The notes: generated by a model from the sequence alone, not told the origin. DNA of 64,000 bases from Hormiphora californensis (GCA_020137815.1 CM035355.1:7502001-7566000), one strand, 5' to 3'. Positions 34,801 to 44,532 are shown, counted from the first letter of the stretch. Numbers and translations: made by a program.

Positions 34801-37800
34801 GTAGCTGGTGCAGCTTTCTTCTCCTGCTGACCAGAACTACACGTTACTTCACTCTCCTCTCGGTTCTTCTTCAATATCTCATTGACTACTGGGGCCATGA
34901 GTCCAGGTAGGCTATTCATCAACTCTTGCTTCAGTTTTGAGAAACCATCCTTCAGATCATCACTTGAAATCGAGACTCCAGAATCTGACGATGGTGTAGG
35001 ACACCGGGAACTGTCCGGAAGCATCCGGTAACACATAATCAACATCTGCCAAAGATCCTTCTTCGTAGGTCCACCTGGAGCATCCATAGGCTCACCCGGG
35101 GTACCAGCATCCTCCTCCAATTTCTTCCACACTGTACTGCCTTTACATTTGTCAGAGAAGCTCGTGACAAGGAGCTTACCTTCGAAGTCCTTCTTCGTTC
35201 CACTTTCATACTGGGGTGCCAATCCCGACATTCTATCCTGTAACAGTGGCGCGAGGATCCGATCCACCAAGATTTGGCTTCCTGGATTTGGCTCAACGAG
35301 GTCTCCCAAGATCTGCCCAACTTAGAAAGAGACAGGAACACCAGGCTTGTCTTGTCTTGAAAAGAGGGGGATTGAGCAGAAGTCTTAGAAGAGTAACGAG
35401 GAGCAGTTGAACGGAACCTCAAATTAATTTGTTTAAAGTAGTGTTGAAAAGTTTGAAACATATTATTATTATTATTAGTTTCATTTGAATGAACTAGTAA
35501 ACCCGTTCGCCCTACGGGCGAATTTCGGGGAAATGGTATTGGTAGCTGGATTAGGGAACACTGACATCATCAGTCTAACTAATTACATGCACTATCCCAT
35601 CTTAAGTAACGGTACCGTAGAAGGAGCTCAGGCGGGATCGCTGCGAGTTTCTGGTTTCAGAACGTCAGATGATGATCCGGCGATCAAAGTTATAAAAGAA
35701 CTTACTGAGATTGATCATCGGTTCTGTTCAACCTCTAACGTCTTGTTCGTTCTCCCTGCACTTCTTTTGGTGTTGCTGCATTTAAACCCCTCAGTGTATG
35801 GAAAAGTATAAGAGAATGGCGGTGAGATCTTGCGTGAATAACTCCAATTGTCGCTGTCGTATATCAATAGTTGTTGAAGAGAGCATATTAGCTGGAACAA
35901 AGCAAGATCAAATGCACGTGCACGTGCAGTATAGTAGCAACCATGCCATTGGCAACGGCTCCGATTCCTGGCCCCACTCCAGTAGTATTCCACAGTCCAC
36001 CTCTAAACCTGCACGTGCTAAATGCCATATAAGGTAAAAAACGTCACACAGGATTTCCCTATTTGCTTTAATAATAGTATGATTGAAACATTGTAACTAA
36101 CCATGATTCTAACTTTCTCAATCGCTTTCCTTGGTATCGCCAGAACAGTCATCTTTGCGTGAATTCGAACCGCCTTTTTACCGTTTCCACCTGGTTGATA
36201 CACCAACTCACAACCCCTGTTACTCCAACCTAGATCGTTTTTCATAATAGTCTGCAGCCGACAATTAAGTTTCAACCACATCGAATCATCAGCGGAAGAG
36301 TTTACACCAAGTCGACCGTCCAATGATTTCTTCAACGCGAGAATGAGATCAGAGAATCCGTTAGAAAACTTGGAAAAATTACTCTCAATAGCTGCGTGAG
36401 TCCTCTCCATTTGGATAACAATTCCTGCGTTCGCATCTCCCTTTATAAAGCACTCAAAGTAGGCCTCTTCCAACATCTTGATAATCCAGGAGCTGTATCC
36501 CATGGAACGGAGGAGGCCACGCATGGAGTACATGTAAATTGGGATGTTTTCCCACATGAAATGTCGGCGAAATTCATACCAAAAGTCTAGATTCTGATAT
36601 ATCCGTACTAGCTCCATGTTCTTCTGATCTAGGACTTCCTTGACTTTCTTTTCATCACCCAGCACAGTGAGGAGCTTGTGTATGTTAGCATTAAGGATCG
36701 TGATGTAGACCTCCTTATACACGTCACCTGGGTGAAGGAGAATAGTTACCAATAGTTACCAATTATATACTAGTAGTAACTAGTAGTAACTAATTTAGTA
36801 ACCAATAGCTACCATTTACCAATAGTTAGTATCTGAGGCGAAGTGCGCAATCCTAAAATAAATTAGCCACCTAGGTGCCCCTACCTGGGCTTTTTCCGAT
36901 TTCATCTTGCTGCTTGATGCCAAACAATCGAGTCCAAATACCAGGATTCTCTTCCGCGTACCAGGAAGTGAAACTTTCCCCTTTAAAGTTGTTTCTATTG
37001 AAACCAACTTTACCCGTTGATTTCATAGGGAATGGTTCAATGGGAAGGGCATCCGGTCTACCCTCTTCCTCTTTGAGATCTTCTATCAGCTTAACCAATC
37101 TGGGCATCACCTGTTGGAATATTAATTAGCTGCAGGTCAAACTATTGTTATATGTAGTTGTCTCACAAAAGACTGAACTCTCCGAACCGGGCCGCGATGT
37201 TTTAGTTATAATGCAGTATGACAAACTGTTGGAATATGTTTCTAGGCCAAGATCTGCTCAAACTGACAAATCAAATAGAGTTGTTAGAAGTGAGGTATAG
37301 AGAGGTATGAGGTATGAGAGGTATGAGGTATGGAGAGTCGCACACAAACCTGGTCTTTTGCAAACTTCTTCTTATCGTGTTCATCGTACTCCACACATAT
37401 CCTCATAGCACCCTCCTCACACAACACAAAGCTGTCCATATTATTTTTCTTCCTGCTGCTAAAAACCTTATCCGTCCAGATTCTCCCACCGATGCGATCA
37501 TCAGACTCGATCATTAGGATGTCTTTACGGGTCAGTTTGGGATTATCTCTCAGCAACTCTCGGAGGATGTATAAACCCGTTACTCCGGCACCTACCACTA
37601 CCACTTCGTAGGTTTTATCGTTGGGAATATCGTCAGGTTGATGTGTGCCTGGAATTGATTTATATGTTACAAGGAAAATTGTTGATGTTACAAGGGAAAT
37701 ATAGAAGGTGCGGGAAAGGGGGAATCAACATTGAACGATATACAACAGCCTTCTCAAACAGACTGCATGTAAATTCTAAAATAATTACCTACCATTTTTA

Positions 37801-37976
37801 GTAGCTGATAACGAAAGTTCCTCTCTATCAGACACACTTCCTTCACTCATTGTATCACTAGTGGTACTATAGTATATACTATCCTCAACTGTCCCTCCCA
37901 GCAAAGAGATGGGGCTTTCTGGTAGATCCACGGCTGACAAAGTGATGGCTTCAAAGTCGTCCTCAAAAATGGGCAT
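28823..37976 (-). CDS. Flavin-dependent amine / L-amino-acid oxidase; exons about 37976-37789, 37648-37350, 37110-36884, 36727-36114, 30002-29891, 29745-29546, 29301-29110, 28975-28823
   Basis: VVVVGAGVTGLY..E..DRIGGRIWT..EEGAMR (FAD site); LAIPRKAIEK joins in frame to DVPF..KINLYFNRAWW across a 6.1-kb intron; then ITSLPL, ALTIYCD..FW..LQ, VV.EA..QL.ELF..VP.P, H.W.PG, NEAWSEFQGWVEGSL. Confidence 0.85.
29425..29533. mobile_element. 109-bp hAT-type MITE, second copy
   Basis: Near-identical to 3820-3928; TSD CTGAAGAC (29417-29424, 29534-29541). Confidence 0.85.
30106..30500 (+). mobile_element. 5'-truncated L2-group 3' end (last ORF2 codons plus 3' UTR); its (TTA)n tail probably displaced to 35461-35476
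   Basis: GTA GAA GCA TTC GGA GCC AGC GGA GGA TGA (VEAFGASGG*) parallels the VDAFGSG* end of the intact ORF2; ends in a GCCCT..AGGGC hairpin followed by GGCATATAAAT. Confidence 0.6.
31009..33999 (-). CDS. LINE ORF2: apurinic endonuclease plus reverse transcriptase (frame open from 33999; no ATG before the first APE motif)
   Basis: VGTLNVHS, IQETYL, GGGIGILY, VYRPP, MGDFNF, TLDLV, SDHF; NYRPVSNLPF, QSGYR.GHS.ET, LLDMSAAFDTVDH, GVPQGSLLGP, YADD, SRLDYCN. Confidence 0.93.
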   Translation of the reverse strand, partial: GEKKRLSDEGVGGTEGKETWRVGTLNVHSIMNKTSGVIAHLEDMECDICLIQETYLKTSDTAKLQEIRDYGWNIFSSPRAERAGGGIGILYRDGVKMKLPPVRKFKSFQIQEILIGNGMDLTRICNVYRPPYTGKARFTEAKFLEEFTDYLSELVLKTGLPLIMGDFNFQWQDRDNFYTKKLAELLDSHEFSQLVPRQPTHNRGGTLDLVICPKEVEEKVKSVEIHPEGTESDHFLVLSEVVLETKVGNLQQRDRVNTYRDFKSVDPVLFMKALRGSGLEGRFDLDSPDDLFEIYERELKELVDSFVPLKRRKKVKKVRPWRDNDDVRDALRRRRTAERTWRSKKTPVTKMQYNVMKKMFSRVDKEARTNYLKEDLEESKGDSKALQRKLNRLLGNSEVLLPDVDCDRKLAEDFADFFTGKVEKIRNSVKADVDFPAEDVDSLVDLDKDCILEEFREVSEDEMKRIIKNMSDKTCDLDLIPTWLIKECVEVFAPLFTKIINSSIRQGIVPELFQQALVFPTIKNPYGDRDSLSNYRPVSNLPFVSKVLEKVVLDQLNQALNENDLLNSHQSGYRVGHSCETLLMGMFDDLLQEMDKGNVVALLLLDMSAAFDTVDHAKLVDVLRRRFGIRGTALKWFTSYLGLRNFRVNVRGELSKIIYLICGVPQGSLLGPVLFLLYVEELQDLVHKYGLKIKLYADDSQIYVSLVPLDESGWSITRRKVEECLDQIKTWMVQHWLKCNESKTELLLLGKSSAIDKLAFEPCIRFGDADIYPVDFTGTTGKTLGIYMDENLTLERQVNSVRRNCGMLLRNLWQVHRCLDFSTRILLVKQLVISRLDYCNVLYGGLPMKLISRLQKVLNSCIRFIYGLHGHQEDYLPYMRETHILPVEQRVIFKACLMAYKIVHGSAPDYLIEQIPTDIVDVTCRTRSTAVPDPYKLQYPKLSSINANSKLRKRRPSVLLPDLWNALPLELRSRPAVESFKTGLKTRLFVDAFGSG
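33924..35231 (-). CDS. LINE ORF1, gag-like with three Cys/His knuckles
   Basis: First ATG at 35231 (MSGLAP), conserved in the second copy at 61456; CFHCQRYGH..C, CAFCAGDH..C, CVNC..H..C. Confidence 0.88.
   Translation of the reverse strand: MSGLAPQYESGTKKDFEGKLLVTSFSDKCKGSTVWKKLEEDAGTPGEPMDAPGGPTKKDLWQMLIMCYRMLPDSSRCPTPSSDSGVSISSDDLKDGFSKLKQELMNSLPGLMAPVVNEILKKNREESEVTCSSGQQEKKAAPATPVKRYMSIKDSNEEGVTPMCEEKWKMVVKPKVVKALKNIPVLDTSVNRKGTQLFFATDDDLKEAEKVLSPFLNVTPFVEKQKKMDPRVLISDLDHDLLNKEVLLDAILSDKNEVVKRLYESGQAVSVIHVNTAGRYAVLKVTPDIREAIADNRDRIFLKLRQHIVKDRFYVTQCFHCQRYGHVAGSVYCPSKDKSATCAFCAGDHDTRQCRAKSGNELNRMKCVNCDVGGSKDDKKYAKSHPASSNLCPHYVNARGRLMENTSGVSKERKNAYLTRAWEELKVKRRGVLAH
35418..35459 (-). other. 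Genomic copy of the ctenophore spliced-leader exon
   Basis: Minus strand reads GTTTCAAACTTTTCAACACTACTTTAAACAAATTAATTTGAG, matching the ctenophore SL as I recall it (not database-checked). It is joined directly to the LINE 5' UTR; no SL-RNA intron or Sm site is recognisable after it. Confidence 0.85.
35494..35813 (-). mobile_element. Short non-autonomous Helitron
   Basis: 3' end: TTCGCCC-GTA-GGGCGAA hairpin, 8 nt, CTAG, then T. The putative 5' TC(TTATAC) near 35813 is less certain. Confidence 0.55.
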
Positions 37977-38752
37977 TGTGAGTAAATTTACAAAAACTGT
38001 GCCCCCTTTGTACTGCTCCTGATAACTGGATAATTGTCACGTGGTAAGCTTATCCGAGAAAAGAACTCAAAAGCAGGCAGAGATGCAACCAATGTTAGCG
38101 ATTTTTAGAGCAAAATGAAGGTGAAAATGCAAAACTGAGACGGAATCGGTGGACATGTGAAGGTATATTTGTTGTTATCTTAACCTTGGTGTGAGGCAAG
38201 AGCGGGCCTGAGTCGAATAGGGAGTGAGGAGAAGAGAAGACAGAGAGAGAGACGAGCGAGAGAGAGGTAGGAAGGGCCGCAGGAGAGCAGATCGCGCATC
38301 CCTCTGCGAGAGAGAAGGGAGCGAGAGACGAGAGCCGAGGAGCGAGATAGAGAGGGAGCAGAGGAGAGGGACGAGAGCTGCGGCATAGAGTAGAGAGAGC
38401 AGTATGCTCAGACTAGAGAGATCGTCGAGCCGGAGATACTATCAAGTACTCTCTGCTCTCGATGCTCGACCGAGCATCGCAGCAAGCGAACTCTCTTCGA
38501 TCTCAATCTCTCTTTCAGCGCTCTCTCTCTCTCTCTCTCTCTCTCTGATCTCTCTCTCCCCGCAAGTTAAATCTATTATCAGTTATGCAAGCATATTACA
38601 TAAAATGCAAGCATATTTCATAAAATGCACCACCAAATACAGGGCCTCTACCGTCAGAAGGTGGAATTCCGAGAACCACATGGTACAAATATGAAACACA
38701 CTGATTTTTTAAAACGGACATTTGGCACAAAAAGGGGTGGCTGGGTTCTCGA

Positions 38753-39791
38753 TTAAATATCATCAATATCATTCAACATCACATTCTGATCATCTTCCTC
38801 GTCTGAACTGCCATCAATATCGTCCTGGAAACAAATGTGATGGTGAGATGTGGGGATTTAATATTTATAGATGGTGAGATGTGGGAATTTATAGATGATG
38901 GGGATAATGTTGGGGGACTATGAGACCTGGATGACGAGCTCGAGTGCTACGTACAAGTGGTGGTTTCTGGTAGCACTCGAGCTCGTGATGGTTTGATTGG
39001 GGACGCCTATAAATTTAGGGGGACACCCGACACGGGACACCCTGCAATACGTACCTGGAACTCAATTCCGTCCAGATCATCATCTTCATTGATTTGGGCA
39101 TCATTAATCTTGGCAGTCTCGGGGAGTTCCTTGTAAGCCTTCAGGTTCCTCGCTTCGTCGGGGTTATACTTCTGAATCACATCAGCCTTGCTGTCTTGGT
39201 AATCCCTTAGACCTGGTGAGTTGTATTGTATGAGAGATCGGAGGTGAAAGGGTAGATAGAGGAGGTGGATATGTCATGGAAACATTGGAATAACAATGTC
39301 ATATCTCCCTGGTTAATCCCTTACCTATCATATGATATCTCCCTGGTTAATCCCTTACCTATCAATATGATATCTCCCTGGTTAATCCACACCTTCTTCC
39401 TCAGTTTACCCCGAATGTGACACAACCTCTTAACGCCGTCAAAACAGAAAGCCTCCAATCGACCGTTACCTAACAACTTCAATACCTGATGAGGGTAGGG
39501 TTAGGGATGGGACGAGGGAGAGAATAACAGAGAAAGGAACGGGGAGAAAACGCTCTCATTTTAAAACAAATAATAAAGTATGCTTCCGCAAATAAGGGAG
39601 CGTTAATGAAAAAGGAAGAATTCAATTCAGTGATGGTGAAACTACGACAACCATAACACAGCTAAACATAAAGCCCATACCTGAGCGTATTCCTGGCCGT
39701 GTTCCTTGAAAACCAACTCCCTCTTTTCACTTTCATTTTCGTTTTTACCCCTCCGCCTGTTCTTACCTCCCTTTCCCTTGTTCTTAGGCAT
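38753..39791 (-). CDS. EIF1A: Translation initiation factor eIF1A; 4 exons (about 39791-39681, 39485-39358, 39212-39055, 38825-38753)
   Basis: [96 protein letters not shown]; acidic tail DIDDI*. Confidence 0.96.
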
Positions 39792-40281
39792 GCCTACTAC
39801 TGTGTCAAGGGATATATTGTCATCTTCAGATGTCAGTTTTCGGTGATATAGCTGGTAATAAGCAATTTGTTCAATCAAATGCAATTAACCGTATATCAAC
39901 ACATGTGTGTGAATTGTGAATAACAAACAACACAGTACAAACAATGCCACACAGTACATTCTCTCTTTACAGAGATAGAACTTTTGACGGTTGTTGGTAG
40001 CACATACTACTATTTCGATCAATTAAATCAATATTAGGCAGTGTAGTAAGCAAGTAGTTAACATTAAAAAAGTCAAAACTCGCTGCTGACTAAATCTAAC
40101 TATGTAATTTGTTTTGGATCATTTGTAACCCCAGAAATGCATTTTCAAATGGAACAAACAGGCCCTGTTGGTTGGATAGTATCCAATGGATCACACCTGA
40201 CACCAATGGATAAACATCAGCACTGGAAACACCAACTTGGTGTCACCAAGATCAAGATGACCGTGGGTTAGAAAATACTCA

Positions 40282-40557
40282 CTAAAAAATGGTGCTAGAA
40301 TCTATACCTAGCAAACACAGTTGGCGTAGATTGCTTGCCAGCGCCAAATTTCAGACGGTCATAGCTCCACTCCCTGGTGAGATAGAGACTTGAAATTTGC
40401 TGTGTAAGAAGAACTCGACATGATCTCCTTACAAAACAAATTTCGAGTCTCTATCTTATCAGGGGGTGGATCTATGGCCGTCTGAAATTTGGCGCTGGCA
40501 AGCAATCTACGCCAACTGTGTTTGCTGGGTACTATAGATTCTAGCACCATTTTTTAG
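40282..40557. repeat. About 275-bp foldback with about 90-bp inverted arms
   Basis: CTAAAAAATGGTGCTAGAATCTATA..CAAACACAGTTGGCGTAGATTGCTTGCCAGCGCCAAATTTCAGACGG mirrored. Confidence 0.8.
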
Positions 40558-40693
40558 ATTCTAGCAGCTAGATTTTCGAACGTAACAAACGCACTCATCT
40601 GACTTCTGAATAGGGCAGGGGAATCAGGAATCTTCAAACGACAACATTCGTACAATACTGTTAGCAAACTGTATAGAGTAATTAAGACTCCAG

Positions 40694-41792
40694 TGTGGTG
40701 GGAGAAATGGCTCACCCTAGAACAATTGCAAAAATGCATAATAACCTGTAAATCACTTGTAATTTGAAGTTCAAACTAGTTTTAAAATAGTTTTGAAATT
40801 TTTTTAGAAAAATTTTAGTTTTGAAATAGCTTTTGAAATAGCTTTTGAAATAGCTTTTGAAATAGCTTTTGAAATAGCTTTGGCCGGGTGGTAGAAACGG
40901 CTCATGTGGCTCATCTGGCAGCTGCACGATCATTATGAACACAAGGACATTCATATAACAGCGAAAACCAGTGTACCCGACTAATTTTAATACGCCGAAT
41001 CACGTGAGCAACTCTGGCAAGCGCTCAGATGTGAAGAAAGTGCCCTAATTGAGCATAATTGGGTGTAATTGACCGGACTTACAACTTTTCTCCTGAAAAC
41101 TCTAGAAGTTAATGTGAGGGCACTTTTCCGACTAACTTTGATACGCTGAATCACGTAAACAACTTTTCCAAGCCCTCAGAGATGAAGAAAGTGCCCTAAT
41201 TGAGCAATTACGGTCAATTAGACCTAATCAGACTCAATTAGGGCAATTTCCCCGCCTCTTAGGGCTTGGAAAAGTTGCTTACGTGATTCAGCGTATCAAA
41301 GTTAGTCGGAAAAGTGCCCTCACATTAACTTCTAGAGTTTTCAGGAGAAAAGTTGTAAGTCCGGTCAATTACACCCAATTATGCTCAATTAGGGCACTTT
41401 CTTCACATCTGAGCGCTTGCCAGAGTTGCTCACGTGATTCGGCGTATTAAAATTAGTCGGGTACACTGGTTTTCGCTTTTATATGAATGTCCTTGTGTTC
41501 ATAATGATCATGCAGCTGCCTGATGAGCCACATGAGCCGTTTCTGCCACCCGGCCAAAGCTATTTCAAAAGCTATTTCAAAGGCTATTTCAAAAGCTATT
41601 TCAAAAGCTATTTCAAAAGCTATTTCAAAAGCTATTTCAAAAGCTATTTCAAAACTAAAATTTTTCTAAAAAAAATTCAAAACTATTTTAAAACTGTTTC
41701 AAAACTAGTTTGAACTTCAAATTACAAGTAATTTACAGGTTATTATATGCATTTTTGCAATTGTTCTAGGGTGAGCCATTTCTCCCACCACA
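40694..41792. mobile_element. 1.1-kb near-perfect palindromic non-autonomous element
   Basis: About 510-bp arms, TGT..ACA termini, CTCCAG direct repeat on both sides (40688-40693, 41793-41798), (GCTATTTCAAAA)n arrays. Confidence 0.85.
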
Positions 41793-42616
41793 CTCCAGAG
41801 AGCGTGTAGACTAAGAGTTGGCAAGTTCTAAGCAACCACTGTTACAGTGGTGCTCCGTCATGTTGGCTGCCCGCACAGCGTCGCCCAAAACTTTGTCACT
41901 TGTTCACGACGTCCAAAACGCTCAAATAATCATTTTATGTCAGGGGAGTATGTCTTAGGCGTTGTGAACAACGTGTTGGTCGAAGCTTTGTGTGGGCGCC
42001 GGCGGCCAATAATAAATATGACGGAGCAACGTGACCGTAAACTTTTGTGTTTTGGAAATCTGTTGGCCTATGCTACAGGCCCTTAGAAGCCGTGGAAAAC
42101 GCGCGCACTTGGGGTCTGCAGCGCATGCCAAGGAAATCTGAAGCTGAAGTTTGATTTTTTATTTTTCTCGCGAAATAAAAAACCAATATATAATACTTTA
42201 CTGCAACGCGCGCGGCGCGGCGGGCAAATGCGGGTAATGTGATGCGTTACAGCGCCTTCCGTAAAATCGCAAGTGACGTCATCGAGTATCACAATCGCTG
42301 ATACAATGAAACACATAAATTATCGTGTGCAAAAGATCAAAGCAATTTGAATTTGAAAGCAACCGGCCCGCTATGAGAGTCGACAGACTGGGTCACCCAT
42401 TGCCAATGGGCCATTGGTGACACTGACACTGACATAGTGATAGACACCTGGTGCCACGAAACAGGCCAGGGCCCAGGACGGTGTGCATGTGACTGAGCGA
42501 CAGTGACCATTCTTCAATTTAGATTCAATGTGACACAATACAAGATAAACTCTGTAAAATGTTGGCGAGATTGACACCCTGTAAAGCAGAGAGGTAGCAA
42601 TGGTAAAGCACACAGT

Positions 42617-43500
42617 TCACGTAAACAGCATGGGGTTCTCAAAAGCACCCATAAACTTGGCTCTCAGTTTATATAGTTCTGCTAAATGACTCTCAAGGAT
42701 ATCCTGCTGACTCAGAAGCTCCCCGTCTGATGATTGTCTGTATTTTACACTACAGTGGATCTCATTCGCCAAATCTGATGCTTTCTGAAAACATGAATCA
42801 GGTAGTAATTGCAACAATAGGTAAGTGGTTATTTTTCTTAGGCATAGAACAAAATTGAAAGTCATTGGCCTTGTTACTTGAATCCTAGTGGGTCCTGGAT
42901 CCCAGTCTCCCCAATCCAAAATTCCTCTAATCTATATCTATATTTAGGTATGTGTGTCCCGGGGACACTGTCCCACTCCCAACTCCCGGCCCTCTCTTCC
43001 CTGGGAAACTTCCTAGCTTCCCCTCCCCATGCCTCTAACTCCCCCTCCTAAATATAGTGCCCTATTGGCCCCTTTACTTGCTCTTCCCCATGGAGATGAG
43101 CTACTGCTAGTGTTCCCTCTCCCAACCCTTGATTTCTCTATACCTCCCTATCTCCGGCTATCTTTATCATTACCTTTTGTAGTTGACTATCCACCATTAC
43201 ATTTCTATCGGTGAGAGTGCACATGGTGTTACTGCTCGCCTCCGCCGGCTCAATGGATACCCGGATGAGCAGACACGCCAGGTCCAGTTCCTCACTATAC
43301 GCGTTGTGTAGGATCACTGACCTGTAACCTGGACATAGAGGGATTGTTAAGACAGAGAGAGGGAGGGTGATCGGGGAGGAGAGACAGGAGACTGGACAGC
43401 GAGGGACAGAGAGAGAGAGAGGGACAGAGAGGGACAGAAAGGGACTCTCCCTAGTACACGGGTGAGTACACCGACCTGTAACCAGGACAGAGGAAGAGGG
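42617..43500 (-). pseudogene. 3' exons of a phospholipase C gamma-like gene (end of C2 domain and tail)
   Basis: GYRSVILHNAYSEELDLACLLIRV at 43321-43250 matches the PLC-gamma C2 end; splices in phase to KASDLANEIH..MLFT*. Confidence 0.65.
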
Positions 43501-44285
43501 TGAGTCTCAACGAGACAGACAGGGAGGGTGAGGGTGATTGGGGATGATTTGGGGAGGAGAGGTCCTCCCTGTAAGTACTTGTTGAGTAAGTACAGCACGT
43601 AGCAGGATCGGGAGGGTAATGTGTGTATTTGGGCACTACGTGCAGTGGGAACAGTGCAGGGCAACACCAATTTGCAAGTTGAGAGAGTCACAAACTTTAA
43701 CTTGTTATCACTGCTGCAGTACCAGCTGTGATAACAAAATCCCTGCAATTCTACGATATCTTTCTCAAATGGGATAACCATGAAGGCAGTGAAATGATTA
43801 TTTTCTCAGGTGGTTGAGTAGTTGGAGTGTAGTATTATAACTTATATTGCCTTCCTCCCCTCCCTCTAAGAAAAATAGAAATTAGAAAGTTTGATCCTGT
43901 CTGATGTCGCCGACCCTTTTTTGATTGTTGCGATATAGGGCGTTCAGTTCGGGTCGGTGCCGCCAGACAGACAGGTTCTGAAAATTTCAGAACCTTTGTT
44001 TTGTTACATTTCAGACTGAAATGTAACAAAATGACCCAGTTTTGTGTTTCACATTCCATAGTTTGTCTCAATTCCATCTAGTCGCCTACTCTCTGTCAGT
44101 ATTTCAGGAAATATCACGGCATAAAATGTACGATCATTCGCTGTGTGCCTAGAATTAAATATATGCAATGTATTGCCATGGGCGTTTTGATATCCAACAC
44201 CGATTATACATTGTACCAGTAATAGCTTGAGTTGGTGTTTGTGCAGTCCCGATATCTCTAGCTAATTAGGGCTGCATTCCGACAC

Positions 44286-44532
44286 CACGTGTCTTGACTA
44301 ACAGTCACGTGTCTATACTAACAGTCACGTGACACCCTACACGTAGTTCCAGCCGGGGTACCACGTCACGGCAGTCAGTTTATCACTAATTGGGGCAGCC
44401 ACATACCAACTGCAGTCTGCTAATTGGGGCACATACCAATACTGTCTCATCTTACGCCCTCTCACCCAGACCCCCCAATAATTAGGGGCTCATTAGTGGG
44501 GCTCCAACTGCAAGGGGAGAAGGGTATAAAAA
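44286..44532 (+). promoter_or_regulatory. Putative kinase promoter
   Basis: TATAAAAA at 44525-44532, three CACGTG boxes at 44286-44332, repeated TAATTGGGG, upstream of a GCCACCATG start. Confidence 0.45.

Larger units (their letters stand above)
30497..35459 (-). mobile_element. Full-length, apparently intact L2-group LINE with a spliced leader at its 5' end
   Basis: SL, about 190-nt 5' UTR, ORF1, APE-RT ORF2, about 500-nt 3' UTR and (TTA)n tail; in sense orientation within amine oxidase intron 30003-36113. Confidence 0.93.

Noticed and set aside
35300-35459. SL RNA gene, since the SL exon is followed by GT
   Set aside because: The sequence after the SL aligns with the 5' UTR of the second LINE copy, and I see no Sm site or tandem SL-gene context. 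Kept only as a minor alternative.
35039-35461. 140-aa ORF starting MFQTFQHYFKQINL
   Set aside because: The ATG is formed by flank plus SL; it is a chance translation of SL and UTR in a non-ORF1 frame.
38180-38570. piggyBac-like MITE between TTAA sites
   Set aside because: The termini match poorly; only GA/CT-rich low-complexity sequence is supportable.
40712-41713. Two ORFs with (SYFK)n repeats
   Set aside because: Translations of a 12-bp repeat in the two arms of the palindrome.
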